From positions 272,270 to 336,269 of the forward strand of contig NW_005434673.1 in the NCBI RefSeq assembly GCF_000315625.1: DNA of 64,000 nt. Reading direction: 5' to 3'. The DNA comes from Guillardia theta CCMP2712. Its lineage: Eukaryota; Protista; Cryptophyta. Shown one piece after another: positions 1-12,467 of this stretch. How positions within the stretch are numbered: position 1 is the first letter of the stretch; every line of letters begins with the position of its first letter. The notes under the pieces were generated by a model. That model was given only the letters and a program-made list of their open reading frames with translations, had not been told where the DNA came from and ran no database searches. Position numbers and translations under genes: made by a program.

Positions 1-359
1 CCATACATGCTTCCCAACTTCTCGTCTGAAAAGTTGTCCGGGTCGGCATGCCTCAAGTGCGGGTTCACGAAACTTCCTTCGCTTGGTTGTGTGGAGACCT
101 TGCTTTCTCGCTCGTCAGCCTCTGAATGTCGCGGACTCCAGGCTCCGTGAAAATATTCTTCCTGTTTCTCCTCCTCCTCTCCATCACCATCGTCATCATC
201 ATCAGGGATGTAGGGTTCATCATCGTCCTCATTTTCTTCTGAGTTGGGAACGCTGTGCTCTTCTAGCGTTCGTTCTTCCACTTGATTCTCCTGACTGTGT
301 TGTTCTTGCATCATCCGCAAGATCGCCAAGTCATCCTGAGCCAACCCTCCTGACCGCAT
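1..359 (-). CDS. Acidic hypothetical protein, 5' part (runs off the left edge)
   Basis: Manual translation from the ATG at 359 stays open to position 1: MRSGGLAQDDLAILRMMQEQ...EENEDDDEPYIPDDDDDGDGEEEEKQEE...DEKLGSMY. Confidence 0.55.
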   Translation of the reverse strand, partial: MRSGGLAQDDLAILRMMQEQHSQENQVEERTLEEHSVPNSEENEDDDEPYIPDDDDDGDGEEEEKQEEYFHGAWSPRHSEADERESKVSTQPSEGSFVNPHLRHADPDNFSDEKLGSMY

Positions 360-718
360 TTTCTCCCTTGTTGCTGGTGGAAGAACAAAAGTTGCAGGAC
401 CGACCTGGAGGTCAACCCCGGACACCAGCTACTGGTACCGCCACGACCGACTTGAAGGGACTTCAGCTACTGACTGGTTCTCCTGCTCTCTCCTCCATCT
501 TCGCGCTCCCCTTCTCCTCCTTCTCCCCCCGCCCTCCGCCTTCCTTGCCCTCGGGCATACCGTACGCCGTTGGGGGTTGACAAGGGTAGGGGTGGGGTGG
601 ACCAAGTCAATCGGACGGGTGGGGTTCGGTACCTAATCTGTTGGTGACCACCTCCCCCCTCAGCTCCAAGTTGATCAATTGCCAACCATGATTGCCAACA
701 GAATTGCCAACCTGAGTC

Positions 719-754
719 TTTACTCAAAGTTAAGTTAAAAATCAGTACGAGGAC
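719..754. promoter_or_regulatory. Dispersed intergenic motif, copy 1 (TTTACTCAAAGTTAAGTTAAAAATCAGTACGAGGAC)
   Basis: Related copies at 24712-24743, 32750-32787 and, on the opposite strand, 57936-58014. All are intergenic. Confidence 0.55.
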
Positions 755-2121
755 ACTTGCTGCGAACCCTGCGCCTTTTACTCTGCGCCATGTTGCGCTG
801 AAGGGAAGGAGGGGAGGGAGAGCGAGTCGGGAGGAGAGGAGAGATGGGGAAAAGAAGAGGGAAGATGGGAACGAACAGAGAGAAGAGGTCTCGGTACCGA
901 GGTCAAGACCTTGCGCAGCATGGCAAGGCTGACAGGAACGACACCGCTCAGCAAAAGGGCAGGTCAGGGCTCTGGCTCCTTGGGGCAGCCCAGCGGTCCT
1001 TGGGCATCAGGATCCAAGGGGAGGAGCAGAGCAACAGGAGGACTCTCGGAGCAGCGAAGTACAGTGAGTCGTCATACATGCTGTTTGAGAGGGTTGGTTG
1101 ACAAGGCCCATGTAAGGACTGACTTCCTTCCTGTCCATTGAGACCCTGTGGCTCTGGGTCATGGGGTTGTCAGCGGAGAGTTTTGCAAACACCTTTGCCG
1201 TTATCTTGATGGAGCCCTTGGCTTTCGTCTCTACATTCTTGCACGATGTGATTGCTCCTCTCATCTGGTTGTGCGATTGCTGATCTTGTCACGAGGCAGA
1301 CCGATCACACGGTCACCATACTCAATCTGACCGGCTCTGCACTCGAGGAATGTGCGTGTGGACTCGACATGCTTCTCCTGATGGGTTCGATGACCAGGGT
1401 GCAATCATATGGTTTGCGGAGAACAAAGTTGAGTTCAAGAACCCCCCTCTCCTGCTCGTGATTCGTTCAGGGTTGACCCAACATGAAAATAAGCAAGTAC
1501 AAGTCTCGTTCACCCGAGCGACAGGTTCTGTTCTGTGTGGACTTCTCTGGCAGCTGTGGTGGTAAATCAGACACGCTGGTGTGATTCATGATGTGATCGA
1601 GGTCTCTGCTATGACAGGAGCAAGCTGCTCGTTCCGACCTTACATTCGAGCATGGGATGAGGTGACCATTGATAAGCTGTGGCAGAAGTCGAAATGAGAT
1701 GAGAGATAGATACATCTCTTTCATGTTGGCTCTTGGCGTGCTTTTCAACATCCTTGGAAGGCAGTTTGCTTCATTGATACTTGCACCACTCTTGGAATCT
1801 CATGACATGATTCGTCGCAACGGGAAAAGGGTAGATGAAGCGTTTGCAGCGGCAGGAGCCTAAGACATAGCTTGCCTCACAGATCGTGGACTTGAGTGAG
1901 ACAGTCTGGGACGACCTCCTCTTTTACGCGTGCTTATCAATTGTACTGCTGTGAACCCGAGATATCCTATGCTGATGACCCGCAACTTGCAGATGCTTGC
2001 TGCTTGTCTAGCTTGCCGTCACGAGCTTGTCGCCTACGGACTCGACGACCTCTTGAGCGGCTTCTTCTGGGTTCCCATCTCGTTTGCCTTCGGTGACGTC
2101 AGCATCTCTCTCCCTCGATGA

Positions 2122-2435
2122 TCATTCACGATTGTCTTCGTGCTTTCTCGCAGGACAAGTCATCGAGGGCAGCCTCCTGTACGAGGGGGTCCAGTGGGGA
2201 ACCTGGAGGTGCAACGCAGTCGCTTGCGGGCTTCTGGTGCCCTGCAGCTTCATCCTGTCTCGCTTCCCGTCTGCGGCTTCTTTCTCCGTGTACCGGAAGG
2301 CAACTCTCGACCTCTGCTCCTCGAACTTGAGCTCACTCAACCTGCCCTTCAGTTTGTCGGAACCTTCCTCGGGGCGCTATCCTCGTTCAACGGCACGAGC
2401 TCTGACACTGTTCAGCTCCTCCTCAACAAGAGTGG
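2122..2435 (-). pseudogene. Possible degraded coding remnant (coiled-coil-like)
   Basis: The frame LVEEELNSVRARAVERG*RPEEGSDKLKGRLSELKFEEQRSR... looks coding but has an in-frame TAG. No family recognised. Confidence 0.25.
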
Positions 2436-4485
2436 CAAGGGGTAAGTGAGAGCTGGGACATGCCTTGACCTCCACCTTGCTTGACCATCCTCATCCTTGC
2501 ACAGAGCTGCGGTCTGGAACGTGGGACTCAATCTCCTTACAATGGTGCTTGCGACGTTTGCCATCCGAGCCGTCAGTCAGTTTCAAATTCCTTCCATCCA
2601 CATCGCCCAAAATGTCGTGGAAAGCTTTCTTTCGTTGTCTTCTCCACGATCCAACGAACTCTGATGATGCTTTTCACGGCCTCATGTATACCCAGGATTT
2701 TGCGCTGATTGCCGTAAAAAAAATAGAAACTCTTCAATATTTCTTAGAAATGAGTGCATCAGCTGAACGAGTAGAGAATACTTCTATGAGGTCCAAAAGT
2801 CAGGTTTGTTTGGTCTCAAAGTACTACCTTGCGAGCTATACACCGTAGTAGGCAAATATGGTACATATGTTGTATCGGTTGTGTTACTAGTGTCCGATCT
2901 TGTCCCTGCTCCCTCCTCTCTCCCGCCTCAGTCAGCCTCGATGACCTGTGACTGTTCATGAGGCATCGATTCCGATGCCTGATACACAGTGTGACCGATC
3001 AGATAACGTTAGCTCCGATACCACCCACCCTGCCATTTCTCTAGCACTCTCTCCATTTTGACCTGGTGGGGTGGAGCTGTTCACCTGTCATTTTTTTTCG
3101 AAAAGATTTCCGATCTTTTGAACCTATATGTCACGGTATTCCACCACCACCCCCTCTAAAGACCGCCATCTCTGGGAAGGGCGATAGGGTGGGTACAAGG
3201 TGTGCCTGGGACACCTCAAAACTCCGCTAGTCACTAGCTGCCCCCCTCATCCCCTCCATTATCCCAAGAGGGCAACAGAGGCCGGCCAAGGCCTCGAACC
3301 GTTGCCAGTCGAGTGGTCTAGAGTCCTAGCCCGTGTGACAGTCAATCTCCAGATCACCTCACACCTCCAAACTGCCCATGACACGCGCCGTGACACCTGC
3401 AGTCACGGGCGAGGGCAGCAAGAAGAACATAGGGTGGATCCTATCAGGAGACTGAGGGACAGCAGATGAAATGCGCAGGAGCTGGTAGAAAAGGGGAGGT
3501 CATTATGGGGTGTAAGGCTCGGCAAGATCCGGAGCCAGTGAAGGGCCGCAGGAGTAAATCCCATGCCATGTCCGACGTCGGAGAATCACACGGTCACATT
3601 GTCAGCATGAGGACGAAAAGATGTCTTTCTGATAGAATAAAACCAAGTTTTAGCCTGGCAGTGCAGTCATTTTCATCCTTCTCGTGGTGTAACCGTGTGA
3701 TTCACAGTGTAGGTCGTTTAGATCGGGCATGGCACTCAATCCCAGTTAACTCGAAAACTCCATTATAAGATCGAAACGTTCGCAGTTGTACCCCCCGATC
3801 AACAAAGTCATTTCAAAAACAGTTATTGTTCACTTTGAGGGCAGCAATGTGACCCCCAGTCCGATCCCCCACCCCTATTTTCCATTATCAAAACAGCCCA
3901 ACACTACCCTACTTCGAGGGGTGGTTGCTAATTACTGAGTTATAAAACAAATTTTTCAACCTCAACGTTTCCCTCCCGGTCCTCCTACAATGTGTCACAT
4001 CCCTGTTAAATTTTGACCCCGCCGTACCCCTCCTTCTCTGTGATATTCTACCGGTACTCCTCAGACTTGCGCGCAAGTACCGTTCGTTGCGTCTGTGGGG
4101 CATCACGGGTCTTTGGGTAAGGTGGGGTGATCCAGGGTACATGGGAGGGTGGGGGTACAGAAGGGGAGGGAAGAAAAGGACAGCAGAGAAGGGGGACGGA
4201 GAAGGGGCTGGGACGAGATGGGCTGTAACATGCAAGAGAGAAAGAGAGGATGAGAGGATGAGAGAAGAGATGAGGAGAGATGTGACGGGTGTAGAAGAGA
4301 TGAGAGGAGAAGGAACGGGAAAGAGGGAGATTAGAAAGGGAAAACATAGAGGCAAAGGGGGTGACCACTTTGATTACACAGTTGGAGTGCTCGAAATTCG
4401 AGACGATATGTTTGTCTGAAGTTTGACACGGTTTCTTGACAGGCTTTTCAGTTCCTCCTTGTATTCATATCTGCAAGTCTCCGCG

Positions 4486-5006
4486 ATGTCACAGGTCGTT
4501 AAGATCTGTCCACGGGCAAAGCGTCAAAGGATGCTGGACACCGATGAAGAGTCGAGGCCAGTGAACCTGGACATGCAAACGGTGTCAGGACTCTTCCGAT
4601 ACAAGCAAGCAGAAGCTGCAAAGATGCTGGTAAATGCCGAATTCGCTATCTTCTGTCATGGTTCTCTTTACCGGTTTTCTTACTTGGATGTTGTCAGGGC
4701 ATTTCGTTGTCAGCTATGAAGAGTGCATGTCGGAGGATTGGAATCTCACGTTGGCCGTATTCGAGATCAAGAAACGAGGAAGCACAAGCAAGGGCCGGCG
4801 AGGAAGTAAGGTCGGACTCGGATTCCACCCTCGAGGAGGGCAGCTCCGTGGCCGCACGAGATCGACGTGCTTCTGAAGGGCAGTCGGGGCGAGACTCTGA
4901 GGAGGAGCACAAGGATGCAGGGGACGTGGATTTTATTCCGATAGAGAGGAGGTGGATCGAGTGGTTCACGAGGGTGAATTTCGACGAGGACATCTCGTTT
5001 CGATAA
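4486..5006 (+). CDS. RWP-RK domain transcription factor (2 exons)
   Basis: Removing the GT-AG intron 4630-4697 gives ...LDMQTVSGLFRYKQAEAAKML|GISLSAMKSACRRIGISRWPYSR, a typical RWP-RK signature. Confidence 0.88.
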
Positions 5007-5198
5007 GTGTTTGTGAGGAGTGAATGGCTGCAATTGGATTTTCTTGTCTGGGAGAGAGAATTGAATCTCAAGAACTACTCTTGAGGCATTTGTGAGAAAT
5101 GAGAGCAAAGATTCGACAGGCAAATGCAGAGTGCGCAAAGTATGTGTGTAAATTGATGTGTGGGGTTGTACATGCATGCATTAAAAGAAAGTCGAGTC

Positions 5199-8069
5199 TT
5201 AAACGGTCGTAGAGGATTCAACAAGCTCCTTCTCCTCAAGAGCCTCTACGTCATCAACCCTAGTCAGCGTCAGCCGATCATTGACGATGTCCACCAGGAT
5301 CGAATCGCCGTCCTTGAAATTGCTGGACAACATCTCTCGAGCGATGGGCGTCTCGAGCTCCCGCCTGATGGCTCGCTGGAGCGGGCGAGCCCCGTAGACT
5401 GGATCGTACCCGATGTCAGCAAGGTAGTTGAGCGCCTCCTGACTGCACTGGACCCTCATGTCCTTGTCCTTGAGCCGCTTGTTGAGCTGAGCCACCTGCT
5501 GCTGAACGATGGAACGGATGGACTCCTTGTCGAGCCCTCGGAAGATGATGAACTCGTCCAGGCGGTTGATGAACTCTGGGCGGAAGCGAGCCTTCATCTC
5601 GTTCATGACGCGCATCCTCATCTCCCCCTCTGCGTCCGGCCTCCCTGCGAGATCCAGGATGTTCTGAGATCCGATATTCGACGTGAAGATGATGATGGTG
5701 TTCTTGAAGTCCACGGTCCTCCCCTGCCCATCCGTCACCCGCCCATCGTCGAGGATCTGCAGCAGCACATTGAAAACTTCCGGGTGTGCCTTCTCGATCT
5801 CGTCAAAGAGGATGACAGAGTACGGTCGCCTCCTCACGGCCTCCGACAGCTGACCCCCTTCCTCGTATCCCACGTAGCCCGGAGGGGCCCCGAGAAGACG
5901 TGAGACTGACTGCTTCTCCATGTACTCAGACATGTCGAGTCGAACCATCTGCTTCTCACTGTCAAACAACTCCTCACATAGAGTCTTCGCAAGCTGCGTC
6001 TTCCCAACTCCAGTGGGGCCAAGGAACATGAAGCTCGCAGTTGGCCGCTCGGGGTTGGACAGTCCTGCCCTTGACCTCTGAACAGCCTCTGCGATGGCCT
6101 TGACGGCGTCAGGCTGACCCGCAACGCGCTTGGACAGGCGCTCCTCGAGCTGAAGGAGGCGCTCCTTTTCTGATGACTGTAACTTATTGACTGGAATCCT
6201 TGTCCAGGCGCTGACGACGTTGGCAATATCGGAGTCTGTCACTTGATCGCGCATCAGGGTACCTTGTTGCTCTGCCAAGAGCTTCTCTGCATCCTCGAGC
6301 TTCTTCTTCAGCTCTGGGAGCACCTGATACTTGAGCTGAGCTGCCCTGGAGAGATCATAGGAGGCCTCTGCCTTGTCGATGTCAATTCTGACCTTGTCCA
6401 TCTCCTCTTTGACGTTCTGGACCTGATTCACGTTCGCCCTCTCCTTCTCCCATCTCGACATCATTGACTTCTGCTTCTTCGACAGCTTCGCGATCTCGTT
6501 CTCGATCCCCGAGAGTCGTTGCTTTGCAGCCGAGCTGTCATCCGTGGACAGGCTCAGTTTCTCCATTTCCAGCTGCATGATCTTTCTGTCGATTGTGTCG
6601 ATACTCGTTGGCTTCGATGTCATCTCCATCTTCAGTCTCGCCGCACTCTCATCAACAAGGTCAATGGCTTTGTCGGGCAAAAACCTGTCAGAGATGTATC
6701 GATCGGACATCACAGCTGCGGCCACGAGAGCGGCATCGGCAATCCTAACGCCATGGTGAACTTCGTAGCGATCTTTGAGACCACGGAGGATTGTAATGGT
6801 GTCCTCCACAGAGGGAGCATCGACCATGACCTGCTGGAACCTACGCTCTAGGGCAGGGTCCTTCTCGATGTACTTCTTGTACTCGTCCAATGTAGTCGCT
6901 CCGATACATCTCAGCTGCCCACGAGCCAGCATCGGCTTCAGCAGGTTGCCTGCGTCCATGGCGCCGTCAGTGGCTCCAGCTCCCACGACGGTGTGGATCT
7001 CGTCGATGAAGAGGATGATGCCTTGGTTCGAGTCCGTCACCTCCTTGATCACGGCCTTGAGGCGCTCCTCGAACTCGCCCCGATACTTGGCTCCCGCCAC
7101 GAGCGCAGCCAGGTCAAGGGCAAAGAGCTTCCGGCCTTGGAGCGAAGCAGGGACATCGCCAGCTGCGATCCTCTGGGCCAACCCTTCCGCAACTGCCGTC
7201 TTCCCAACGCCTGCCTCCCCCAGGAGCACGGGGTTGTTCTTGGTGCGGCGAGAGAGGATCTGCATGGTTCTTCTGATCTCCTCATCTCTCCCGATGACGG
7301 GATCAAGCTTCCCAGCCTTCGCTGCCTCGGTGAGATCTCGTCCGTACTTCTGCAGAGCCTCGTAGGTCGCCTCCGGGTTTCTGCTAGTCACTCGCTGCCC
7401 TCCTCGGATCTCTTCGACCGCGCGCTCGAGCGATTCAATTGTGAGGCCGAAACGGGCGAGCACGCCGTTGTCTTTGAACTTGGATGATCGTATGGAGGCG
7501 ATGAAGAGATGTTCGATTGAGATGAAGTCGTCTTGCAAACGCTTCTTCATAGCCTGAGCCTCTTGAAGGGTATTCCTCATGGAGCTGCCAAGGATCTTCT
7601 GACCTGCTCCCGACACCTGCGGCAACGTCTTCAAGTACTCTTCAGAGGCCTGAACAAGCTGCTGCATCAGGGAGCTGAATGCTCCTTTCCCTGCTGCTTT
7701 GGAGACAATCCTCTGCACTGTTTCGTCCTGAAGACAAGAGTGGAAGAGTATTTCGGCTTCAAGAAACTGCTGTTTGAATTTCTCCGCGACTTCGGGCAGC
7801 CTTTGCATCGCTGCAAACGCCTTCTCCGTGTATTGCTGCGCATCAAGCATTCCCGCGTCTCCTGAGTTGCCAGCCATCATCATTGGAACATTCCTCTGAG
7901 GCTGGCGAAGTCCTTTCGGAAGCAAAATGGGCGATGTGCGCAGACCGCAAGATGCTGGACGTAGATTTGTGCGAGAAACCAGAGGCCCTGAGTACGGTAT
8001 GTAGGAGGACGCATGCTCGCAAAGCAACAGCATGGATAGGGCGATGGGCCATATAGAAGCGATTCGCAT
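5199..8069 (-). CDS. clpB: ClpB/Hsp100 disaggregase, probably plastid-targeted, intronless
   Basis: 956 aa. Two AAA+ modules (GEAGVGKT and ILFIDEIH; GPTGVGKT and ILFDEIEK), pore loops [11 protein letters not shown] and GYVGYEEGG, and a coiled-coil middle domain. The N-terminal signal peptide ends ASS-Y and is followed by a transit-like region. Confidence 0.96.
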   Translation of the reverse strand: MRIASIWPIALSMLLLCEHASSYIPYSGPLVSRTNLRPASCGLRTSPILLPKGLRQPQRNVPMMMAGNSGDAGMLDAQQYTEKAFAAMQRLPEVAEKFKQQFLEAEILFHSCLQDETVQRIVSKAAGKGAFSSLMQQLVQASEEYLKTLPQVSGAGQKILGSSMRNTLQEAQAMKKRLQDDFISIEHLFIASIRSSKFKDNGVLARFGLTIESLERAVEEIRGGQRVTSRNPEATYEALQKYGRDLTEAAKAGKLDPVIGRDEEIRRTMQILSRRTKNNPVLLGEAGVGKTAVAEGLAQRIAAGDVPASLQGRKLFALDLAALVAGAKYRGEFEERLKAVIKEVTDSNQGIILFIDEIHTVVGAGATDGAMDAGNLLKPMLARGQLRCIGATTLDEYKKYIEKDPALERRFQQVMVDAPSVEDTITILRGLKDRYEVHHGVRIADAALVAAAVMSDRYISDRFLPDKAIDLVDESAARLKMEMTSKPTSIDTIDRKIMQLEMEKLSLSTDDSSAAKQRLSGIENEIAKLSKKQKSMMSRWEKERANVNQVQNVKEEMDKVRIDIDKAEASYDLSRAAQLKYQVLPELKKKLEDAEKLLAEQQGTLMRDQVTDSDIANVVSAWTRIPVNKLQSSEKERLLQLEERLSKRVAGQPDAVKAIAEAVQRSRAGLSNPERPTASFMFLGPTGVGKTQLAKTLCEELFDSEKQMVRLDMSEYMEKQSVSRLLGAPPGYVGYEEGGQLSEAVRRRPYSVILFDEIEKAHPEVFNVLLQILDDGRVTDGQGRTVDFKNTIIIFTSNIGSQNILDLAGRPDAEGEMRMRVMNEMKARFRPEFINRLDEFIIFRGLDKESIRSIVQQQVAQLNKRLKDKDMRVQCSQEALNYLADIGYDPVYGARPLQRAIRRELETPIAREMLSSNFKDGDSILVDIVNDRLTLTRVDDVEALEEKELVESSTTV

Positions 8070-9120
8070 GGCTGCTTCGACAAAATTTATCCTTCCAGGA
8101 AGACCAGATGTCCGGAAAGTTGGTAGGAGAGAGGGGGGTTAACAGGATAGTAGACTGAGGGTAAGTAGAAGGATGAAGGGGGAGAGAGAGGAGGGGAGGA
8201 ATGTAGTCCAGAGCCGGGTAAGACGGCAGGTAAGACGGGCTTAAGGAGGAGGAAGCGGTGGGAGGAGGGGCAGAAATGGGGTGATATAAAAGGAGGACGC
8301 AAGGAGACGAAGGGGGCTGAGGGGGTGGGGGTGAATTTCAGGAAAGAAGGGTAGGGTTCGAAACATATAAATCGGGGTGGGTACTGGACAGACGGTGGTA
8401 TAAAACTCTACACCTTCAGAAACGGGAATTTACTGGTGGGGTCATTCGAAAATTTAAAAAACATAGGTGGGGTACTATTTGATCAAATAGTGGGGTATGG
8501 GTGTTGAGAGGGGGGGGTGGAATTTGATTGCACCCCAATAACCACCAAACTCTTTAAAACACATTTAAGACACAAATGTTACTAAATTTAGACTTTTAGT
8601 GTAATAAAAACAATGAAACGCCTCATTTTCAAATAAACATGGTTCTAAAAATACTTCGTGAGGGCGAAGATTCCAGAACGACAGAAATAACGTTATAATG
8701 TCTTGAAACTGAAACATTTAACATTAATCAAGGAACAATGGAGACGAAGACCAGTTTTAATGTTCATTTGTTAAAAATAAACGTTAAACTGTCTTCACAG
8801 TATGTAACTGTTCCGTTGGCAGCGGCCGCAAGGGTGACGGTCCGGGACGCTCCCGGCCGACTCCGGAGGGCCGGGGCCCGGGCCGGTGATCGGCCAACTG
8901 TCCTTCGGATCCGAGCGCCAGGCCGCGGCCGCACATCGGATCACAGTGATGCGCCGGGAGGCTCAGGTGACCAGCCGCCTGGCAGGCGGTCACCATGCCA
9001 GCCGTCTGTGAGCCCGGTGAAGCCTGGCCGGGACTCGGACGCCCGACGGTACCGTACCGTCATTATAAGGGTACTGAGCTGAACACAACACGGACCGTAT
9101 GCGAATGTAATGCAATAAAT

Positions 9121-12100
9121 CTACAGAATTTTCTTCAGCTCAAGGCCAAGCTCTTTGTTGGCCTCCTCCAAGGCAGAGCTTGACCCGATGACGGCGATTG
9201 ATCCCTCCTTTGTCACAACTTCCAGTCTCTCGGCAAACTCAGCGAAGTCCTTGGCAGTGGTGCTGAGAACCTGATCTCTGCGTTCCTGCCTCATCTCGTC
9301 GGTTAGGCCCGTCAAGTAACGATCCATCGACGTGAAGCCTTTCTGATCAGGTGACATGGGCGCGTCCATGTCGCCGATCATACCGATGATCGCATTGGCC
9401 AGAGTCGTGGGTGACATCTCCTTGGAGAGCTCCCGCAAGAACTCCGGGGTCTGGTCGTACGTCTCAAGTGTCTGCAGCAGGTTGGGATCCCTGTAAGACA
9501 CATACTTGAACATGCCTGAGCTCGGATTGTACGAGTTCATGGCGCCATAGGCGCCACCCACGACGCGCACCTTATCCCACAGCCAGGTCGTCCTGAGGTG
9601 ACGGGAGACAACAGCAGCAGCGCCGCTAGTAACCTCACCAGGCTTGAAGATCTGAGCGCCTTTGCCGACATAGTTCACCTGAGTTGGGACAACAAAACCT
9701 TCTCCCTTGCCATCAAACTTCTTCATCTCCATGGCCCAGTCAACCACCTTCGATTCCTCAGTCTTGAGGGGGATGCTCTGGATATACTCCTCCAGATTTG
9801 ACTGCAGAGAGGAGAAACCTTTGTCTTCAGCAGAGAGGTTGATGAGCAGATTCTTCCTGTTCACAAGCAGGTCGCGGATCCGCTCCAACTTGGCCAAAAC
9901 TCCTTCCCAGTTCTTGTCAACCTCTTTGGCGAGTTCACGAATGAAGTCAAGAGTTTCAATGCCCCTCATCTTCTCTTCGACAAACTCAGTCACCATGTAT
10001 CTGGCTCCAATACGGCCAGCTGCGTACGAGTGCCCAGATCCAACAATGTTGGCCTCAAGACGTGCCTTCGTCTCCAAAACCATCTGCTTGAACTTGTTCT
10101 GGTTGTTGAAGTTGGTGTTCGTGATGATATCATTCATAACCTCGAACATTTCAGCAGACTTTGCGTAAGTTGCCTTTCCCCTGAGGAACAGGTTGCTCAC
10201 AACTTCGGGTTCAGGAAGCCTGTTCCCGCTGCCATACTTCTGCGTGGTTGAGGTTGAAGTGTAGACTCCTCCCGTGTGCGTTCGGATGAAGTCCGACAAG
10301 GCGATATCATCTCTCTTGTGGGTTCCCATCTCCGTGAGGCAGCGGCAGAAGAGTGGAATGAGAGGGAGCAAGTCGACAGGCACAACGCGCATGTCAAGAC
10401 CAATATCTGCATAAACGATTCCATTGGTTGGAAGCTCGTGACGGAGCACCTTCACACCCTTCTCCTCAGAAACGGCAATCGGAATGTTACGTCCCTGCTT
10501 GTCCAGATCATCCATAGTCAAAGATGGAATCAAAGCAAGCTTCTCTGGTGGATCTTCTGCTTGCTGCTTCTCCTTGAGCATCTTTGTTTCTTCGATGAGC
10601 TTGGAAATATCCTCCTTCTGCAGGCTCTTCCTCACGTTCTCAAGCTCCTCCTCTTCTCGCTTGCGATTCTTCTCCTCCAGCTCAGGATCAGGAAGGGACT
10701 TCACAGTGACGCGATGACCATTATTAATCAAGTACTTCTTGATGAGATCCTCAAACACAGGTTCACCACTGGCAATTCGCGAACGCAACTCTGCAAGGGG
10801 CTTTTCGAATCTCAACGGCTCCATAGGATCACGATCGTAGAGCCAGCTGGAAAGGGATCCAAGCATGAACGAGAGCCCTCTCGGAAATCCTCCAGTATTG
10901 AACTCCCTCAGCTTAAATTCCAACGAGTTCAACGAGGCTTCAATAGAAGACTTGTCGAAACCTTCGTTGGCGATCTAAAAACTATTTCAATGCTGTGAAC
11001 TGCCTTTGAATAGAAAAGACTCACCTTGTTGAGGGTGTCCAAAATGAGCTTTTGAACCTGATCACACTTTGCGACATCATCGATTCCTTTCATACCAACT
11101 GAGTACGTTGCCTGCTGGAGCACAGTCTCCAATCCATCAGAGATGACACTCTCACCAAGTCCACTTTCCCTCAAAGTTTTGTACAAAGGGGACACAGGGG
11201 TTCCCATCAACAAATCATCAAGAACATCAAGAGCCAGCTCATCTTGAGGCTTCAAAACCTGATCGTTGATGAGCCAGTTGACAGTCATGAGCACTTTGCC
11301 GTCCTGTCCAGACGGGTAATGCTGTTCAATCGTCCAAGGGGCATTCCTCTTCTGCTGCCATTCAATGGTAGAGTCCTTGCGGACCCTGGGATGTTGTTCA
11401 AACTCGCCGAGAAAAGTTTCCAACAATTCTAAGCGGGCTGCAACGTCATCATCTCCGTAGAAGTAGATCCTGGAATTCGATGGATGGTAAAACTTTTTGT
11501 GAAAACCTTCAAAGTTCTCCCAAGTAAGCTTAGGAATGACCGTAGGATCTCCACCAGAATCTACTCCATAGGTGTTGTCTGGGAAAAGAGCTTGCTGGCA
11601 TGCACGACCATGAACAGCATCTGGTGACGAATAAACCCCCTTCATTTCATTGAAAACCACTCCCTTGTACTTGAGAGCATCACTCTCATCTTCGATCTCA
11701 TAGTGCCAACCTTCCTGCTTCAGAGTCCATGGGGTCAACGCAGGATGAAGCACAGCGTCCAGATACACGTTGATCAAATTGTAGAAGTCCTTGAGGTTCT
11801 GGCTTGCAACTGGGTAACATGTACGATCTGGATATGTAAAAGCGTTGAGAAACGTGTTCATCGAGCCTTTCAGCAACTCAACGAATGGTTCTTTGACAGG
11901 GTATCGTCGAGATCCACACAACACACTATGCTCCAGGATGTGTGGGACCCCAGTTGAATCATTCGGAGGAGTTCTAAACGTGATTCCAAACACCTTGTTC
12001 TCATCAGGAACTGACACTGACATTACTTCAGCCCCAGTCTTCTTGTGCTTGAAGAGAACAACTTTAGCACCATACTCATCGATGTGATCCTCCTTCACGA

Positions 12101-12467
12101 TATCATACTTCTGAAAGATGGCTGAAGACTTGACATCCACAGACGAAGTCGCTACCATCCTCACGTTGGAAAATGGCGCCAGTCGACCAGGTCGTCTGAA
12201 AGAAGCCTGTGGCAACTTGAAAGATGCAACCTTTGACATCCTAGCTCCAGCACTTCCTCTTAGGAAAGATGACATTCCCGCACTGTTCATGAAGCCGGAC
12301 ACTCTGCCCGAGAGCAGCATGACCGTCGAAGCCACCACAAGTAACGATGACCTGAGAGGGAAATCAATGCGATCCGAAGCAAAAAGATTGATCGAGTAAG
12401 GAACAACACATGTTTCAACGATGAGTATCTCACCAAAAGAAACAGAAGACTCTAGGTCGTTCTGCAA
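9121..12467 (-). CDS. PREP: Presequence protease (M16C peptidase, PreP/Cym1 family), organelle-targeted
   Basis: Inverted Zn motif HILEH, plus FLNAFTYPDRTCYP and RVVGGAYG...SYRDP. A 50-nt GT-AG intron (10975-11024) joins the two ORFs (TLNK|IANEGF). The presequence ends VSG-F. The true start exon is uncertain. Confidence 0.92.

Noticed and set aside
870-2850. Intact retrotransposon
   Set aside because: No RT (YxDD), integrase or gag zinc-knuckle motifs, and no terminal repeats seen.
3909-4419. ORFs rich in Pro/Ser/Leu or Gly/Arg/Glu (also at 24220-24659 and 62241-62812)
   Set aside because: Products of polypurine/polypyrimidine low-complexity tracts.
5160-7865. Several plus-strand ORFs up to 247 aa overlapping ClpB
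   Set aside because: Antisense shadows of a codon-biased gene, with no motifs of their own.
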